Below, one piece after another: positions 1-13,714 of a stretch of DNA of 64,000 nucleotides. The position numbers were made by a program, and so were the translations under genes. Below the pieces are notes generated by a model. The model had not been told where the DNA came from and searched no databases. It saw only the letters and a list, made by a program, of their open reading frames with translations. Each line of letters starts with the position of its first letter. Position 1 is the stretch's first letter. Location of the stretch: NCBI GenBank assembly GCA_009103225.1, contig RHPI01002910.1:257645-321644 (forward strand). Reading direction: 5' to 3'. The stretch is from Chlorokybus atmophyticus (lineage: Eukaryota; Plantae; Mesostigma and Chlorokybus algae).

Positions 1-853
1 GTTCTCAGCCTTATTTTCTACAATTTTGCCGCCAATTTTTTCTCCCAAAATGCCATGCCCGTTTGAGGAGCGCACGCTGCGGTCAGTTGGACGAGCCCGC
101 AGCCGGGCATCAGCAACCTATTCAGCACGCTCGCCTGCATGCATATCGGGTCCAAGGCTTGATATCTGTAAGACAACGATATCAAAGTGCAGTGCCAGCA
201 ACAATCATTCCCTGCGCTCTGCATGTTGACGTGGCAGGCTGCACAGTCAGTGGGCGGAGGCGGCGGCGGCGGTGGTGGCGCCGGTGCATATAGCCGTCGT
301 TACTCTTGGTAAAAGTTGCCGTGTGTTACAGAATTTGTTGATCAAACGGTGGTTGTGAAGCCAGGCGGAGGGGGAGGCGCGTCTGTCTCGTGGTAAGCTG
401 TAGACTTTGCCAAGCATAAGATTGCTGTTGGCATTGGCACCATGTGTGCTTTTGCAATCACACACACCTAGTTCTGGTCAGTTGAACTCTGTGCAAGAAA
501 TGTAACTCTGTAAGTGCTCTTTGAAAACGAGTACCAAAAAGCAGCAAAGCTGTTGTTGTCTTGATAAACTTGCATGCCACGAGTTTGTTTTCGTCTTTTT
601 GGTGCATTGCAGCTCATGCGCACACACGACAGCACATGCAAGACCTGCGCTGAGCTCACACTGCATGTCCCTGTGCGTCTTTCACAGGCGCCAACATACA
701 CAAAACAGAGCCCTGAGAGAGAGTGACCTCCACCCCTATTCCACACACCACAGACACAGACAACATGAGCTCAACGCGCCACTGAAGCCATGCCCTTCAC
801 CTCATAACCCTACCCACACACAACCCTCACGCACGCACACACACCCAACAACC

Positions 854-3604
854 ATGCATTGCAACCGACACGCTTTCCTCCCCTCCCTCCTCCACTCACT
901 TTCCTCTCCCTCCTTCCCCTACTTCAGACCCTCCCACCTCCCACAACCATTCACCACCCTCCCCGCACTCACCAACTCACTCACCCGCCCAGTCACAACC
1001 GCCACTCTCTCTTCTCAGCGACGGCTACACGCTGATGGCATCCCCAGCTCCCCTCCCGTCTCGCAATCTGAGTTATCTCGTCTTCACGACTTCGTGTCCA
1101 ACTGCGCGCCGGGCCGCCTGGTGGCGCTGACGGGGGCGGGGACGAGTACAGAGAGCGGGATACCGGATTATAGGTCGCCCGGGGGGGCGTACTCGACCGG
1201 CTTCAAACCAATGACGCACCAGGTGATGGGTGGTGTTGTGGTGTATGCGAACGACAGCTTTGACAGCGTCATTGCCGTTGCCTGGTGCATGCAAGCTTGC
1301 GTACCTGGAGCACGGCATTGATAGCCATGGCATCACACGCAACGACAAGATTGGTTTGATTACAAACGACAACGGATGTGCGCCATGGCGGCTCGTTGCT
1401 TCAGTTCACTGTGATGCACTGCTGAACTCTATACCAGTATTGAATTCCCTCCACTCCTTCACGCCACACGTACACTGGCACACGCACTCGCACCCGCCCG
1501 CGCCCGCAGACACCCGCACACACACTCATGTACGCTCACTTGCAGTCCTTCATGAAGTCCCCCTCCTCCCGCTCCCGCTACTGGTCCCGCTCCTTCTTCG
1601 GCTACCTGCCCTCCGTGGCCCCCTCCGCGGCGCACAAAGCGCTCGCGCGGTTAGAGAGTCTCGGGAGGCTACACGCCGTCGTCACGCAGAACGTCGACAG
1701 GTGAGAGGGGGTGTACGGGGTGTACGTGTGTGACTAACGCAAGTGCACGGTGTGTGCATGTGCATGCGTGCGTACGTAGTGAACTTATCCGGGGCTGTGT
1801 GCACGCGCACACGATCGCACCTGTCAGTACGCGTTCTCCTGCGTGCTCAAGCACGTGCACGAGTGCGAGCACACATGTATGCGTGTGTGCATGGACACGC
1901 TTTTGTATACACTTGGTATGCGCGCTGGCACGCACGCACGAGCGTCTGTATACACGTGCGCAAACACGCATGTGCGCGTGTATGTGTGTGTAGAGGTGTC
2001 TTACTGTGTTCCTGCGCGCCCGATGCATGTATGTGTTGTCATGTATGGTCATTGTTATCAACATCATGACCATGAGTTGCTTCTGCTGGTCCCAGGTTGC
2101 ACTCAAGGGCGGGGAGCAGGAGGGTGATCGAGCTTCACGGCACAATACATGAAGTGAGGTACACATACACACGCAACTCAGATGACTTGCAACATGATAT
2201 ACGGACGTATGACAGCAGCATTGCTGTTTTCTTTCTCAGGTGTTTGGAATGCGGCACGCTATATGACAGAGCTGATGTGCAGCGCGACATGGCGAGGCTG
2301 AACCCTCGAGTAAGCACCCTGCATGGTTGTTGGTGTCGATTGCATAACGCTTGTGTTATTTATGTGCGTGTGCGCGTGTGCGTACGTGCGTGCATCTGTC
2401 TGTGTGCGTGAGTCTCTGTCTGTCTGTGCTTACATATGCGCGTGTGTATGTAGTGGGCAGAGGCTCTTCAAAGCGAGGCGGCCGTGGCGGGGATGCGTCG
2501 GCCCGATGGGGACCGCGAAGTGGCACAGGCCTTTGACTTGCCCCCATTCCAAGTGAGCATGCTTCATCCAACTGTGTGTGCGATAGACCTATGCTGAAAT
2601 TGACAATGATGGTTATCACCCATGTGTCAATGTAAGGTCCCTGTCTGCGTGGCGTGCGGCAACGGCGGGGGCCTCCTCAAGCCCGACGTGGTCTTCTTTG
2701 GCGATAATATTCCGAAAGACCGCGCGGCACAGGCCATGCAAGAGGTGAGAATGTGTGTATATGTGGGTGTGCGCATGTATGCGTGTGTGTTTGTGGTGTG
2801 CGTGCCTGCGCGTGATCTGCTGTACTGACATTCGCTGGGTTGCGAGGTCAGGTGCTGAGCGCGGACGCATTGCTGGTGGTTGGGTCCTCGCTGATGGTCC
2901 TGTCGGCCTACCGCCTGGCAAGGTGTGGCATATTGTCGTGTGTATGCACGCGCGCGCGTGTGCGTGGGGGTGGGGGGGGGGGGGGGGGGGGNCAAACCAA
3001 AGTTCAACTCAGAGTCTTGCAGGTACGAATACTATCGATCCCGTAATTGTGATCATAACGTAATACCAACACACCCTGTTCTGTTGCTGTTGTGGGGTGC
3101 GCATTGCGACGTGCTGCGTGTTACAGATAGCCATTGGAGTAAATACCTTGTCAAATACACAACCAAAATGGAGCCAGCTGGCACTATTGGGGGGCGTGCA
3201 TGCGTGCGCGCGCGCATGCGTGTGAGAGAAACAACCACATATCACAACGTGCAGTGTAACTTGACGACAACAGTGTCAACAATATCAATGGACAGTTGTC
3301 CTCCTTTCCAATGTCTGCAACGTCTCTGGCAGGGCTGCGGCTGAAGCGGGCATCCCCATCGCGGCGGTGAACATCGGCCCCACGCGGGCGGACGACTTGC
3401 TCTCCATCAAAGTGGAGGCACGCTGCGGGGAGGTGAGTTTGTCGTAGGTTGCTATGTGAGGACCTGTTGTCACCTGCAGCTGTTTGCCAGTGCGCAGGAA
3501 GATTATTGTATGCTAAGCTCTTCATTTGGGTTGTTGTTATGTGTGTTCAGGTGCTGCCGAGGTTGCTGGCGATGGGTTCGCTGGAGGTGCCGCTTGTGAG
3601 GTGA
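854..3604 (+). CDS. SRT2: Class II sirtuin (SRT2/SIRT4-like NAD+-dependent deacylase), multi-exon, with N-terminal organellar-targeting-like extension
   Basis: Exons encode LVALTGAGTSTESGIPDYRSP (1120-1190), HAVVTQNVD, VIELHGTIHEV, CLECG, CVACG...LKPDVVFFGDN, LLVVGSSLMVLSAYRL, IAAVNIGPTRADD and VLPRLL, joined by GT-AG introns. ATG at 854, TGA at 3602-3604. Confidence 0.93.
2993..3189 (+). repeat. 197-bp exact copy of Helitron Rep sequence (9463-9659) inside a sirtuin intron; possibly an assembly artefact
   Basis: Identical to 9463-9659 by direct comparison. Preceded by ~20 G and one N, followed by GGGGGG. Absent from the paralogous intron at ~26810-26970. Confidence 0.85.
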
Positions 3605-4453
3605 TGCTGGGTGAGAGCAGAGTGAGAGTAGGGATAGACCATGTGACTGATAGAGTGTACAAACTGTACCAGTGAAGTAATTGGTTCATACAGCGGTAGT
3701 GGGCAGCTAGTCTGCAGGTGACAGTTACAGGCTGTTGCTCGGTTACAGCAAGCAAGCAAGCAGTACTCTGGTAGTTAGGATGCAATGTCCGCGTTTGGTC
3801 GTGTCACAATTGTTGTGAGGGCCATGCGGATGGTTGCCTCAAGCTAGAGCGGACTTGTGTGAGAATTTGTTGTTGATTGGCAAGTAGCTGAGCAGCTGTG
3901 AGAGCTTGCACCAGGAAACTTTCACTTACATTACATGACATCTGGATGGGTCGCCGTTATTCTTGACTTGCGATATGCATGCACTGCTGTCATGTCAATC
4001 TGTTCATGCAAGGAGTGTGTATATTGCTAATTCAGCATACTACTAGTACCAAGCCAACACAGACATAAGAGCTGCGCGAAGACTCTGAGAGATGGGTGTG
4101 CCAACAAACAACTCTTATGGTAGGTCAACAAATGGCTTGCACTTCATTGTGGACATGCCAGACACTGTAAACCACAGAAGCACGACCTCAAACCTTACAT
4201 TGCAGCAATTCCTGCTACTTATTGAAATAACCACGCCCTAAGTCTACCTACTGTTGCAGGAATCCCTGCCATTTATTGTAGGAATACCTACGCAATCGGC
4301 GAACACAATCTGTACAATGTATATGCGCAAGAATGTGTAACATAACAGACTATACTATACAGTATGAACAGGCAGCAGCCAATGCAAGCGCAAGTATGTC
4401 GTGCACTTGGCTGCTGCGGAGGCCTCAGATATGCAGAAGGAACTCCGCTCCCA

Positions 4454-5854
4454 CTATACCAAGTCCTCTCCCACTTCTTCCAGGTAGTGAGCAGTAGAGG
4501 CCTGCGCATTATGCAGTATGTCGCGAAGCGCCTCGGTAGCAGCAACTACGAATTCCTTCTCCGTCATGGCAGTGACTGAGGCTTTGCGATAAACCTCCTC
4601 GAAGACTATTCTCTCCATCGTCCTGAGCGAACGGCGAAACGAGCGCAGGTTGCGAGAGCTGAAGAAGTAAAACGTGCCAGCTCCAAAAAGAGACGCCCAC
4701 ATCAAGGCTGCAAAAAACAATGTCGCCTCGGTAGACAAGTACGAGCACGCGAGTGTTGCCAGGCTGAGAAAAACTGCCGTATATGCCTGCATACACAGCA
4801 AGCGAGGCATTAGGCATACAAACAAACAGAACAAGGTCATGTGCACTCATGCAAGCTTTACAAGTGCAAGTATGCACAGTAACGCTGTACAAATTGTATC
4901 ATGAGTAATGCTAGACTTCCTGTCAGCTTCATGTGCGCAACGCATAACTATTGGAATGACACAAAGTATGCAGCCAAATTACACATCTCAAGTGCTAATT
5001 AATATGCAGTGTCGGAGGATTATACAGCAGTGTGACACACCACAAGCAATGCACAGGACAATTTGTGCAGCAGCGCTTACCTGGTACAGGCTTCTCCAGG
5101 CATTCTTCTCGACATTACCCAAAGTTGTGAGCATGTCGGTCACCTGATTCTTGCTGCGCCTACGCTTTGCGACACAATCGCCCAGCTCGAACATGTTATC
5201 ATGAGCAGCGATTGAGCCTGAAGTGTGGCTCGAAACAGTCTTCGTGGAGATCAAGGCGATGATGATGAAGTATAAGTACATCATGGTGAGCTGTTCAACG
5301 TCGACATGTTGAGCGATGTACTGCCGCATACCCCAGGCAAGATACCCCAGGCAGGTCACGAGAATAACGGTGCCCACCATGCTGGTCGTCAAAAAAGTAT
5401 CACTGCCTTGCGTGCTGAACAGCATCGTAATATAGATAGTTGGTATGCAGGAAATGGCTGCTGCAAGCGCCATCCATCTGGTCGCCATGGCCGGCATCAG
5501 CCGTTCCGGAACATGAGACTTGTCATAAGCTATGAGCTTGTTCACTTGGATGCGGGAGACGCGGTCTTTCAACTTCATCGCTGCGGCTGGGCCTGCACTA
5601 AGCAGTAGCCGACCCAGATTCTCGAAGAGCTGCTTCATCTTGGCTTGCAACACTTGGTGCTTCCACTTCAAACCGGGCTCAGAGCTGCCGGGCATGACGC
5701 CAGGTATGTGATGTGGATGTGCCTTCATATTGGCATAGAGGATCATGACGAGCACGAACCACGCGACCAGCAACACCACCGCCATGGCCAACACCGCCCA
5801 GAACAAGAAGCCCTCCCCCTGTACAAGCGCGCCCAACCCTCCCTGTAACGTCAT
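4454..5854 (-). CDS. Orphan multi-pass membrane protein, copy A (at least 2 exons; 5' end uncertain)
   Basis: ORFs 4988..5899 and 4454..4846 have several hydrophobic segments (FLFWAVLAMAVVLLVAWFVLVMILY; WMALAAAISCIPTIYITMLF; AVFLSLATLACSYL) and are linked by a GT-AG intron. A clear paralog lies at 29284-30636. Confidence 0.7.
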
Positions 5855-6865
5855 GGCTGACTCGCTGTCACTTACAGGGCAAGCTAGAGCTGGCTGCAAC
5901 AGACAGAAGGAGAATCAGCAAATCTGATTGCCAATGTATGCAGCAAGCCGTGCCCAATGAAGCGTTCACAATGTGTGCATGCTCGTGTATGCACACAACT
6001 GCTGTAATGCTGCAATTGCGGCAACTTACGAGAGGGGAGCGTGGGGGAGCTTGCTGCGACTAGACTTCCGGCTGAATTGCAGCCCGCCGACCTCAGGCTG
6101 CTCCGCCTTAAGCTTGCTTGCAGCTGCGCACGCAGACAGCGCTTTGAAAAGCTGCGTGCGGAGCGCCGTTGTTAACAGCGGGACATCAGCGAGAGGCAGC
6201 GCATGCAGCAGATAGCCGTCATTGTGCGCAAGCACCAGCACCAGCTGAGCCCACCGCCCCCTCCTGCCTCCGCCCGCCACCCCGGCCGCCCACACAAAGC
6301 TGCTGCTTTAGAGTGAAGCACTGGGGCGTTCAAGTCGCTGTTATACCGCTGCATTTCCAGTATTACTGTGGAATCTTTGGTGAAGATGTCAAGATTCCTG
6401 GTTTCGTCCATATTATTGCTGGGGGGACCTGCATGCCGTGAGGGAGGACGTCAGTCCGCGGCCTGACGTGGAGGCAACGTCGAAGCTGGCTCCTCAATGC
6501 ACCTCACTGACTGGAGGTCGCGCTATGATGGCAGAGATGTTGATTGCGGCGCGATTGCGTGGCATTGTTGTCAATGACAATGTGTCAGGGGAACAGACAC
6601 CCACCTCTGATCCAGTGACATACACTACTGTACTGGGCGCGTCAGGAACCGGGGTTGCACACCGACACCGTGCTAAGTGACGAATCGTCACCAGTAGTCA
6701 CTGACGACCAGGCATCGGCGGTTGCTGTAGCAAGTGTTAATGCGCTCTAATACTGTAGTGACCAGGACTTTACGTGTTAAGTAATTCCCAAAGAGTCATC
6801 AACGTAATCTTTCACCAGAGCAAATAGCTAAAATCCGAACCATAGGGAAGCATTCTAACGGTATC

Positions 6866-6882
6866 CGCGCGCTTCGCGCGCG
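6866..6882. other. Perfect GC hairpin CGCGCGC-TTC-GCGCGCG; candidate Helitron subterminal stem-loop
   Basis: Seen directly; lies ~0.8 kb upstream of RepHel at the transition from host-like to element DNA. Confidence 0.5.
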
Positions 6883-7686
6883 TCTCAGTCGATAGAGCTG
6901 CATTATCATTATCATTCGGCTGTTAACACTGATTGTCTTCCAAGTAACTGTGATGCACAATCCATTGGTGCTAAGTATATGTGCGGAAGTAGTTCAAGTG
7001 ATAGTTAAGGAGCAATTGTAGTATGGGGACCCTTCCAACCTCGTACTGGAAAAACGCGCCCGCAGTACCGATTAACTGGCGACAAGTCGAGGTGAATCAT
7101 AGGGCCAGCGGCTGATGGTTACCCGGTCATTGCCTTTGGGATAATTCCGTAGCTATGATTGGCAATCATGGGCATTTTGCCGCACGTATGGCGACGGTGG
7201 CTTGCACCGTTTACATCCAAGTTGTTAACCGCGGTTTTCCACCAGATGGCGGCCCAACAACACGTTTTTCGTGTAGTTGAAATCTTAATGTTAAGGTAAA
7301 TTAGGTTAGCATTATTCTGTTGTTGCTAACTGTTTCAATGATCACCCAAGCCTAAATAACATAACGTTTGTGAACAACGTTGGTTAAATTCATCATTGCG
7401 TACGCGGTTAAGCAGAGTTGATTGGTGTACAGGTGACTGCGTCAGCAAAACAATCCGTCCACCAATTCACAGACCCTGATATGGCCATGCCACTGGTTGC
7501 TTGACACAATCTGTCAAAGTAGTTTCCCTAGGTCACCCATCACAGTCGTCTGCGAGACTTTGCCGAACGTTGGCGAATGTTGGAGAATGTTCAGTTACAT
7601 TGTATGGTGTATCGGGTTACGCGCCGACGCGTAAATACTAGAGTAGAGTTTGGCGTGGCACAGCCTGTTGTTACCAGTGTGCAGTT

Positions 7687-10600
7687 GTGAGCAGCGCTGC
7701 GTGCGCATTGACAGGGCGCATGGTACCTGGAGCAGAGTTGACGTCAGGTGCACCAACCATGAATGTTGAACAGCATTGTATGTTGTTGGATCATTGTGAA
7801 CAATGGGCGGATTGTGATGATATGTTGTCTGCGTGGCAACAAGCACAACGTAGGTTTGTGACTCAAATGCAATGCTGCGCACTCTGCGGCCACGTGCAAT
7901 TTGACTCTGGTAACAACATGTTACGCCTTTTACCGTTGCAATGTGGGCCATATAATCTTGCTAATGTATTCATGTCCCCATACACACAATCAGACGGCCA
8001 ATTCTATCAGTGCAACCCATGTCGTCTTGGTAGAACGTGCTGTTTATATGGTTTTGCATAATGGTTTGTACATTCGGAGTTTAGTGGAAGCCCATCCAAT
8101 GTCAGTGCAAATGTTGTCCGTTCTGAACACTTCGATCGTACTGAAAGAATTGTACAATCCTTACAGTTTCGCAAATGGTCGAGTTCAGCAGTTAAACATG
8201 ACCAATGGGCCCTTTGTCACGTGGGATGATTTCACATTGAACGATGCACATACTGCACAGCTGCGTGAATTGCTTGGTGAGTTGCTGTTCACGAACCAAT
8301 TGATACAGCAGTACAAAACTTTATCAGAACAAACGCTGGCCACGAAGGCATACCTGTTGTTGGCTCTGCCACAATCTAACACATTGTATCACGTGCACAA
8401 GAGCGCAATCCCTTGAACATTGCTGGTGACGAAGCTTACACTCACATTCTTACAACTCTTTTACCTTTTCCTGCACGCAGCACCACTGATATCCATGTAG
8501 ATATGCTGCGAGTTGGTCACGTACACATGCGAGACTCAGTGCAGCTGTTGTTACAAGTAAACGCGAACAGTGAATACAACATACCTTGTATCACGGTCGA
8601 ATCAGCTCTGTTTCCTATGCTGTTTCCATATATTCGTGGTTTCTTTGATGGCAATGTGTACACACGACTGTCAGATTACATTCAATTGCGCTTGTCCCAA
8701 AGTTTCTCTGTTTTTACTTTGTACAAACCGTATTTGTTGTTGATGTTTCACGTTCGACAAGCTCTGATGACTGTCAAAAGATGCCGTGATTTTGCCGTGG
8801 AAAGTGACATCCAAAAGTATTTGAAACAAAGACCCACTGCCAACATTCAAGATGCCATCAAGTATGCAGTCAAATACCGAGTACCTGGTGACATCGTGGG
8901 ATCTCCCAGTTGGCACCGACAAAAGTTAAGTGATTTGCTGACTTTGGTGGAAGCATGGGGCATGCCACATCTGTTTGTAACCATGACTGCCAATGAAGTT
9001 TCCAGCTCCAAATTCCCTGAGATCTCTGATTTACAAAATGTTCTGAAAGGTATTTCCCCTCAGCTATCCTGGAAGGATGCTCCGGTGGAATGTGCACGTC
9101 TGTTTCATCACCGTTTCTCCCACTTCTTCAGTGAGTACATCATGCAACGAGACATTTTGGGTCGTGTAATGCACTCCTTTATCAGATATGAAACACAGCA
9201 TCGTGGGTCGTTGCATGCGCATGTGATGTTGTGGTTACATGATGACGACGTTGAACATGTATGCAACGAAATCACTGCCTTTATCCCTGGTGACTATGAC
9301 AGTACAAATCAACGGATTATCGTGCCATCAGATCCCAAACTGAAAATTCTGTACAAATACACTGTCCGAAAACAAATGCACAAATGTCTGATGTTGGCAG
9401 TGGTTGCAGAGCGTTTAACAGCAATGCGAAATGGGATTCCCATACCCTGTGCAATCAGATCGCAAACCAAAGTTCAACTCAGAGTCTTGCAGGTACGAAT
9501 ACTATCGATCCCGTAATTGTGATCATAACGTAATACCAACACACCCTGTTCTGTTGCTGTTGTGGGGTGCGCATTGCGACGTGCTGCGTGTTACAGATAG
9601 CCATTGGAGTAAATACCTTGTCAAATACACAACCAAAATGGAGCCAGCTGGCACTATTGATGATCATAAAAGCAATGTTCTCGGATTACAAGGTCTCTCA
9701 CTCAATGAGCTGCGAATTCGGAATACCATGCACTTGTCTAAACCTGTAGCGCCTGCGGAAGCTGCTTTGATTTGTCTCGATATTCCTCTCATACAAATGT
9801 CTGCAAATGTTTCTTATGTTGACACTCGTGTTCCCGAGAAACGAACACGTGTTTTGCAAACAAAAAGTCATGTGCAAACAGTTCTTGTACATGCAGTCCA
9901 TCGGTACTGCGCCAGGGCAGATGAAGTGGAGAACATCACACTTTACAACTACTTTCGCCGCTTTATGCTCCGCGACAACAATGTAAAGCCACGCAACACG
10001 GTACGCGTTCTTTGCGATCGACTGAATGGGCAAGTGTATGAGATGAGTGAATATCGCATCATTCGTTACATCGACTACCACCCTTCGTATAACTTGGAGG
10101 GGTCTGCTTTAATTTGCTGCTGCAACATGTTGTGTTTCGCTCTGAAACGGAGTTGCTTTCACAAACCAATGCCATGCAGACGTATTATTAAGAATGTTGT
10201 TTGCGAAACCTGATCAACACTTCCCACAGTTTGCTGTATCATGTGATGCGTTATGCCGAGCGTCATTTGTACAATGATGTTCGGGTGCAACAAATGCTGA
10301 ACACTTTGCTGCACAACGTTGGGCAAATCAAGTCATTTCCTGCTGACACAACTTCCCCGAACACTGCAAGCGCAAGGGATATTTCGAGTACTGTGGTGCA
10401 AGGTGCGCCCAGTTTAGAGTCTTGTATCGAATGCCATGTTGCCAATCTTCACCAAGGTGCACTAAATGTCATCGAGTTTGAATCTGCAGTGAATCATTTC
10501 TTAACAGACGACCAGCAGACTACAGCCACCAGGATCATCGAGTCTCCACAGGGGTTGCATGTCATTTCGGGTTGTCCTGGGGCGGGCAAGACATTCATCA

Positions 10601-11766
10601 CCAAATACATCACACACATGCTGAGACTAGCGGGCGTCCCTGTTCTTCTCAGTGCAACAACTGGCGCAGCTGCATTGCGTCTCAGTGCTACAGCCTCTAC
10701 AGTACACTCCAATTTTTCTCTGCCAGTGAAAGGTCAGTTCCTACGTTTTCTCACTCCAGTAGACGACACATACAAACTGTTACAACATTGTCGCGTGTTC
10801 GTCATCGACGAGTTTTCTATAATGACTGCCCGGTTGTTTGGTCTGTTGATGTTGAGGTTGCAGCAAGCTCATGGCATGCAATGACTGGCCAACATATGCG
10901 TGATATTAGTAGGAGACCACAAACAGCTTCCAGCAGTTTGCCATCACCGCACCGCAGACACAACTTAGGTGTGCCACAAATGCCATATCTTTGCAGCTAA
11001 CTAGTGGTCACATCGCGTACAACATTACCTGACTGTATCTGTGCGGCATGCCTCAGACCCAGAATTCGCCAGTTTTTTGACACAAGTTAGAACAGGCAAC
11101 CCGCCTCAGGCGCAGATCAACACAATTCTGCAGCGTTGTGTTGTTACACCCGCGTACTTGCAGCAGCTACCAATTGACGCTACCATACTGTGTTCCCATG
11201 TACAGGACACAGATATGTTTAACAGCATGATTTTGCGTTGCAACTTTGCACAATTTGAAATACTGCCAGTTGACATACACTCTAATGCACTCAACGTTCC
11301 TGAACTTCAAGAATGGCTGCAAAAACCAAAGTTCAACCACATGCATATGGTTGCAAAGGGCACAAAACTGCTAGTCCTAGAGAACATCTCGTTGCAGTCA
11401 GGTGTTGCCAATGGGTCAGTTGGCATCGCTACCAACTTCAGATTCTTTAAGGGTAGGCTGACTAGCATCCAAGTCAAGTTCGCACACATGCAGGAGCCCA
11501 GGTGGATCCGTCGAACAGTGCAACAGCACATCACCTGGCAAGGCAAGACATACTACAAAGCAGTGTTCCCCCTGCATCTAGCTTATGCTATAACAGTACA
11601 CAAGAGCCAGGGTGCTACTTTGCAGTCAACAACAATTGTGCACATGCAAGAAGCTTTTACGCAAGGGCTTTGGTATGTGGCGCTCTCTCGCGTCACAAAC
11701 AGAGCGCATCTGCGCCTGACGCGAGTACCTACCGCGCAGGAGATGACTCCGATCCCGTGGGATTAA
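7687..11766 (+). pseudogene. Helitron RepHel (HUH Rep + PIF1-family helicase), disrupted by frameshifts and in-frame stops
   Basis: ESALFPMLFP; GMPHLFVTMTANE; HUH motif RYETQHRGSLHAHVMLW; YLVKYTTKMEP; Walker A GCPGAGKT; Walker B VIDEFS; ILVGDHKQLPAV; PLHLAYAITVHKSQGATL; YVALSRV. Frame changes near 8020, 8415, 9390-9430 and 10200. Stops at 10882, 10966 and 11002. Confidence 0.93.
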
Positions 11767-11894
11767 ACGTTCTCGAGATGCGTAGCCATTACGGAATGTT
11801 GCCACGTATTTCAATGTCCGTTTTCCATACACGGGACAACACGCAATGCCGCGGATATTTATGATGCTTGTAGCAAAGTATTGGCCACACGCAT

Positions 11895-12280
11895 CTTACG
11901 AATGTTGGCAAATGTTTGGCAATGTTTGTAAAACATGGGTCGTACCACAAATCTGTACGACACGATCAATGCTTACAGCAGGCTGTCACTTTGTATAATG
12001 GCCAGACAACGACGCGCAGTATTATAAACGTGGAGCAACGTGCATAGCTCTCGTTCAAAGCACCGTTATGCAATGCGGCAATTAACTAAATATCTCTGTA
12101 ACGACTTATTAGCGATCAGCATATGTGAATGTTTGCAAATGTTTTGCAATGTTCGTCAAATGTGGGTCGCATCAAAACAATTGTACGCCACAATGGATGT
12201 CTACAACAGGCTGTCACGCGCGTATTATGGCCTAGACCAATGAAAGCGCAGTATTGAAAACGTGAGGGCAACGTGTGCAG
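11895..12280 (+). repeat. Two diverged ~150-bp direct repeats (~230-bp period) downstream of RepHel
   Basis: GAATGTTGGCAAATGTTTGGCAATGTTT...ACAGCAGGCTGTCAC...GCGCAGTATT..AAACGTG at ~11900-12045 recurs at ~12127-12275. Confidence 0.75.
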
Positions 12281-12612
12281 ATCCGGATCAATCACGAGTC
12301 ACTACTGTCTAATGCATCTGTAGCAGTGCTACAATAGCACGTTGTCAGTGTGAGTTGTACACAAAACGTTAATCGGCTGCTTGACCTAGACAAAACCACG
12401 TGGGGCGTTCAGTGCATGATAAAGACCGCCATCGCTATTGCTATAGCAGTGCCTACATGCCTGTCACATCACCTGTATCTTCTAACGCCAGCATCGCCCC
12501 TTCGCAAGAGACGGTCACTTCTTGCAGGTACTGCAACATGGTGCCGTTGATATAGACGTTGCATTCCCAGTTTCAACTTGCCATATACTGATTTTCTCAA
12601 TGTCTTCGCAGC

Positions 12613-13703
12613 ATGGATTTCGACGCCAAGGGTCTCTTCGAGCAGTTGAACAACCAGCTCACCAACGAAGAACCAGGGTCCAAGCGGCAGCGAACGAGCA
12701 GCGGCACCAGTGGCGATGCACCTGGACGCCCACTGACGAGCAGGCAAATGGTGGCTTGTGATTCGGCTGGTGTCCCCCCCGACAAATTGACTGGACTGTT
12801 CAGCAAGCCTGAGGCGGACGCTCTCATCCGCCCCGCCAAGGAGAAGGCCAACAAATTTCGTGCCACCCACGGCGACGGTATCGCAACAGGTACCTGTATT
12901 GTGCGGGGCTCAGACACGTACATTGCGTAGTGTGCTGTGTGTATGCTCAACCCGTGCATTACAGGTACTTGCCAATATCACCTCAAGAAGATGGGCATCG
13001 ATGTGAAAGCTGACCTCAAGCGCCAGGTTGCGTACAAGTTGTGGGAGACTCTGCTGCGTCAGCAGAACCCTGACCTGCCCGCAAACGCTGACCCTGTCTA
13101 CGCCATTCCGGTTCTTACAATTGTTCCAGCCACTCTGTAAATTGCTGTCGTGCAGCACGCACAAAACATGTGCATATCATGGTCAACCTTAGAGGATTGT
13201 GCCAATGAGTACATGACGATTTGTAATGATAATTTGACCTCAGGTGTTCGAGCTGGTGCACGTGCGGCAAGTCTGCGATTGGGAGACTGCTAAGTTCATG
13301 TCACAAGGCAAAGCTGGTAAGATCATCGAACACCTGTACGAAGCCGATTCTAAGGAAGCTCATGTTGCCAACGTCGCTGCAAATGAGGTAACGCGCAGTG
13401 CCTGACTAACCCATAATCAAACAGGCTGCACTTTTGCTTGCACGTTCGCATGTGTTTTCTTTAACAACTCTGCTTCCTGTCCTGCGAGAACTTTCTGTGA
13501 CGATCCTGCCGCGCCTGTATGTTACTGCAACTGGCTGTGCGCACATACATACTGTTGTAATATATCAGTATGCTGACGCAACATAACATGCGCAGGTAAA
13601 CGATGAAGTTCAACTCCTGTTGACACAATCTGCTGCACGCAATACGACTACTGCCATCGCCAACATGCGCATTGCTGCCAGGGCGCCCAAGCGCACACTG
13701 TGA
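12613..13703 (+). CDS. Spliced Helitron accessory gene of unknown function (~4 exons; one probable premature TAA at 13138)
   Basis: MDFDAKGLFEQLNN... / GTCQYHLKKMGIDVKADLKRQVAYKLWETLL / VFELVHVRQVCDWETAKFM...NVAANE / VNDEVQLLLTQS...KRTL*, separated by GT-AG-bounded segments. Confidence 0.55.
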
Positions 13704-13714
13704 AAACAAGAGCA

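Noticed and set aside
1730-2127. Cys/Val/His-rich ORFs in TG/CA-rich stretches (also 16600-17070, 25580-26400 and 34260-34500)
   Set aside because: These are translations of low-complexity intronic (TG/CA, TGCA) sequence within spliced genes.
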